Origin: an uncultured Methanosarcinales archaeon
Lineage (GTDB): Archaea; Nanobdellota; Nanobdellia; Woesearchaeales; GW2011-AR9
Direction of reading: 5' to 3'
Assembly (NCBI GenBank): GCA_964498285.1
Contig: CAZCGN010000001.1
Location: forward strand, 100,150 to 164,149
Length of the DNA stretch: 64,000 nucleotides
A model generated the notes under the pieces. That model saw only the letters and a list, made by a program, of their open reading frames with translations. It made no database searches and was not told the DNA's origin. The position numbers and the translations under genes were made by a program. Below are positions 60,748-64,000 of this stretch, piece by piece (within the stretch, counting starts at the first letter, position 1; every line of letters begins with the position of its first letter).

Positions 60748-61893
60748 TTATTTCATTTTGGTCACAAGACCAGGAAGTCCAGTCCCGATTGGTACTGGCT
60801 GATTTATCATTACGTTCTCAACGACTGACCGTAGCTTATCTTCTTCACCCTCTAAAGAAGCAGTAATAATATGCTTAATTGGGGTTTCGAATGAACTTCG
60901 TGCAAGAACAGAGGATTTATCTTTTACAACACCAAACCGTGTTATTCCTTTTACTGTTCCACTCACACACATTATGTCTGCAACAAGCATAATGTGGCGT
61001 GCATCGATATTTAAACCTTGAGCATCAATAACCTTGTGAACTTCATCAATTACTGCCTGACGTGCCGCTTCAATTCCGAGCACTGCAAAAATTTCATGAA
61101 TATCGTTACAGGTGGTTCGCGCAATATCAACTTCTGGCATATCTAAAATTGCTTTAAGATTAATTCCAGAGGTGAGAACAACATATTCTTCTCCTCGTTT
61201 TACTGGAAGAACCTGGTTGACACCCTTAACACCACGCAAAGGTATCTTTTTAATTTTCTGTTTTAGCGCATAGACACTTTTCAGATCATCAGCTTTTGCA
61301 CTTTTTGGTTTGAGAACAAATCCGTCTTCACTTTTTGTTGTTGTAAAGTCTTTTACTTTTGCTTTAACAACTTTAACAACATCATCATGACTTATCTTAA
61401 GATCTTCAAGCATGGTCTTATTGAGTGTTACTGTAAGCTCTTGATCAAGAATATTAATTGTAAGATCTAAAAGCACCTCAGAAAGCTTTGTTGCTTTAAT
61501 ATGAATCGCAAAATCTCGTACTTTCTCAAGAGTGTTATGTGCAGAGTTTAGATAAATTTCCATCATTGGTGTTTTGATCAATTTTCGCGCATCAAAAATT
61601 TCGATTATTCGAGGTAGTCCAACAGTTACGTTCATCTCAGCCACTCCTGCAAAATGAAACGTATTAAGTGTCATCTGTGTTCCTGGTTCACCAATACTCT
61701 CAGCACTCACAAGTCCTACACTCTCACCCGCATTCACTTTTGTTCGGTCAACTTCAAACGAGATTTTTTCTAAGATTTTAGTTGCTTGCGCTTTGGTAAC
61801 GCTTTTGGGAAGTTCAGATTCAATCTGTGCAAGAACTTTTGCTGAAAGCACATTTTTGTACTCATCTACTACTTTTTGAACATCAGCCTTCAT
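60748..61893 (-). CDS. rpoA2: DNA-directed RNA polymerase subunit A''
   Basis: Homology pattern to the C-terminal third of the largest RNAP subunit. It immediately follows rpoA' with a 4-nt overlap. Confidence 0.9.
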   Translation of the reverse strand: MKADVQKVVDEYKNVLSAKVLAQIESELPKSVTKAQATKILEKISFEVDRTKVNAGESVGLVSAESIGEPGTQMTLNTFHFAGVAEMNVTVGLPRIIEIFDARKLIKTPMMEIYLNSAHNTLEKVRDFAIHIKATKLSEVLLDLTINILDQELTVTLNKTMLEDLKISHDDVVKVVKAKVKDFTTTKSEDGFVLKPKSAKADDLKSVYALKQKIKKIPLRGVKGVNQVLPVKRGEEYVVLTSGINLKAILDMPEVDIARTTCNDIHEIFAVLGIEAARQAVIDEVHKVIDAQGLNIDARHIMLVADIMCVSGTVKGITRFGVVKDKSSVLARSSFETPIKHIITASLEGEEDKLRSVVENVMINQPVPIGTGLPGLVTKMK

Positions 61894-64000
61894 TTTCTAT
61901 CACCAACAACACTTTGAATAATTCCTTTAACATCAATCTCTCCTGCTTTAGTTTTAGAGACATCTAATCCATCTTCACCATACTCAAACTGAACAATTTT
62001 GCTTCCTGCATCTCGAACAGTACCATCATACTCAACCTTAAGATCTTGCATAGCGTTTGACAAACGTCTGTATAAGTACCCGGACTTAGGTGTCCTAAGA
62101 GCAGTATCCATTAATGCATCACGACCAGTCATTGCGCCAAAGAAAAATTCGTTTGGAGCAAGACCACTCTTAAAGTTGTTTCGAATAAATCCTCGTGCTT
62201 TAGGGGACAGATCTTCTTTTCCAAAATATGAGAGTGTTCTGCCAGTAAAGCCTTTTTCAATACGTTTTCCACGCAGAGCTTGCTGACCTACAACCGCAGT
62301 CATTTGCGCAATGTTCAAAACATTTCCTCGCGCACCAGACCTTGCCATAACTAACGCAGCATTTTCTTTAATTTGCCTCATTGCAATATCCCCACCCTTA
62401 TTACGTGCTTTGTTAAGAACCTCAACAACACGAAGTTCAAGTGTTTCTTCAATTGTCCTTCCTGGAAGCGCTTGAAGTTTCCCTTGATGGAATGAAGCAA
62501 TCAGATCATTTGCTTTTTGAATAGAATCTTCAATAACTCCAAGTACATCTTTAGAGGTTTCAGAAAGTAAATCTAGATCTCCTACACCAATTGAAAAGCC
62601 TCGTCGTAAAAGTACATTAATCCCTAATTTAGAAATGTTCCCAAGAAGTTTTATTGTAAACTCAGGCCCATACTGAGCATAGATATTTCTGAGCATAAGT
62701 CCACTCTCTTCTCCTAAATTTGATTTATCCATTAATCCACATTCCAATAATCCGTTAATAATTTTTACATCATTACGACTCTTGTCACGTCCATAGAAAG
62801 TAAAATCTGCAGGTAAAAGAGCCGAGAACACTTCTTTACCATCAATCTTTTTCTTTTTAGGAAGACGCGAAAGATCATCAACACCACTTGCATACAGAAG
62901 ATCTACTGCTTCCTCATATGAAAGTACTAATTCCTTTGTTAAAAGGTAATTACCTGTAATTGCATCATGGATACAACCAACCACACTTAATCCGTCACGT
63001 GGACTGATTATCTGTGTTTGAACAAGCATAAGTACTTCAGCTTCTGCCCGTGATTCTTCCGTTTGAGGGATATGTAAGTTCATTTCATCTCCATCAAAAT
63101 CGGCATTATATGGATGACATACAGAAGGATTTAGTCTAAATGTTTTGCCTGGAAGCACACGAATTCTGTGACACATCATACTCATTCTATGTAATGATGG
63201 TTGCCTATTGAACAGAGCAACATCACCATCAATTAGGTGTCTCTCAACAACATACCCAATCTCAAGTTCTTCAAGAATTTCTTCTTGAGTTTCTGCAGTT
63301 ATGGTTTTACGACGACCATCTGGTTTAATAATATAATTTGCTCCAGGATACGTCTTAGGACCGTTTTGAATGAATGTTTTAAGATATTCAATGTTCCATT
63401 CAGTTACACGCTCTGGAACTGTTAGGTGCATTGCCATTCTAAACGGCACACCCACTTCATTAATACTAATCATAGGATCTGGACTAATAACTGTTCGTGC
63501 TGAAAAATCGGTACGCTTTCCTGCAAGGTTATGCCTGATTCTCCCTTCCTTACTTTTAATTCTGCTCGTGATCGTTTTAAGAACCTGACCACTTCTGTGT
63601 CTTGCAGGCGGAAGCTGTGAAACATTATTATCAAAGTATGTGGTAATATGATATTGTAACAAATCCCATAAATCCTCAATGATGATTTCAGGTGCACCTG
63701 CATTTATATTTTCAAACAGTCTTTGGTTAATACGTACGACATCGCCAAGTTTGTGCGTTAGATCATCTTCACTTCTCTCTCCAGTTTGAAGTGTAATGCT
63801 TGGCCTCATGGTCACGGGCGGAATGGAAAGAACAGTAAGTACCATCCACTCTGGCCTTATTGCTTTTGGATTAAACCCGAAAAGTGGCAAATCTTCGTTT
63901 GCAATCTTTTCAAGACGTGCACGCACCTCAATTGGGGAGAGTTTTTTCTCATCATCATAATATGTGTACGGTTTATCAATCTTAATTGTTCCTTGTTTAG
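61890..64000 (-). CDS. rpoA1: DNA-directed RNA polymerase subunit A' (partial, N-terminus beyond window end)
   Basis: [10 protein letters not shown] catalytic motif. The reading frame stays open to position 64000. The ORF-track start at 63926 is an internal GTG. Confidence 0.9.
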   Translation of the reverse strand, partial: KQGTIKIDKPYTYYDDEKKLSPIEVRARLEKIANEDLPLFGFNPKAIRPEWMVLTVLSIPPVTMRPSITLQTGERSEDDLTHKLGDVVRINQRLFENINAGAPEIIIEDLWDLLQYHITTYFDNNVSQLPPARHRSGQVLKTITSRIKSKEGRIRHNLAGKRTDFSARTVISPDPMISINEVGVPFRMAMHLTVPERVTEWNIEYLKTFIQNGPKTYPGANYIIKPDGRRKTITAETQEEILEELEIGYVVERHLIDGDVALFNRQPSLHRMSMMCHRIRVLPGKTFRLNPSVCHPYNADFDGDEMNLHIPQTEESRAEAEVLMLVQTQIISPRDGLSVVGCIHDAITGNYLLTKELVLSYEEAVDLLYASGVDDLSRLPKKKKIDGKEVFSALLPADFTFYGRDKSRNDVKIINGLLECGLMDKSNLGEESGLMLRNIYAQYGPEFTIKLLGNISKLGINVLLRRGFSIGVGDLDLLSETSKDVLGVIEDSIQKANDLIASFHQGKLQALPGRTIEETLELRVVEVLNKARNKGGDIAMRQIKENAALVMARSGARGNVLNIAQMTAVVGQQALRGKRIEKGFTGRTLSYFGKEDLSPKARGFIRNNFKSGLAPNEFFFGAMTGRDALMDTALRTPKSGYLYRRLSNAMQDLKVEYDGTVRDAGSKIVQFEYGEDGLDVSKTKAGEIDVKGIIQSVVGDRK

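Overview
This is a low-GC archaeal chromosomal segment, densely coded on both strands. Several markers identify it as archaeal. One is the conserved split RNA polymerase block rpoA'-rpoA''-L30e-nusA-S12-S7 (58.8-64 kb, minus strand). Others are proteasome beta, aCPSF1/FttA, Kae1, an archaeal class I CCA enzyme, archaeal-type CMP kinase, RadB, FtsZ, Mre11, MBF1, a class-III-signal pilin and intron-containing tRNAs. Housekeeping genes (pgk, adk, asnS, truD, rps2, gyrB) are interspersed with accessory content. The accessory content includes a 2310-aa secreted Cys-rich giant protein stop/start-coupled to a small low-complexity membrane-anchored partner (2.2-9.6 kb), and a 406-aa secreted paralog-like protein carrying the same Asp/Cys motif plus a poly-Ser tail (57.5-58.7 kb). 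There is also an ArsR-CopA copper module with unusual extra components (20.3-25.1 kb), and a membrane glycosylation locus with three GT-C-like paralogs, a processive GT2 and a membrane thioredoxin-like protein (34.4-40.9 kb). Two paralogous double zinc-ribbon proteins flank cca, and several conserved-looking hypothetical ORFs are present. Four tRNA genes were hand-parsed: Thr with a canonical intron, Ser, Arg(GCG), and a 174-nt locus that reads as a tRNA with three introns. No CRISPR array, transposase or integrase was seen. The gene content and the giant surface protein suggest a small-genome, possibly host-associated (DPANN-like) archaeon, but that is inference. Coordinates for hand-parsed RNA and repeat features may be off by 1-2 nt.
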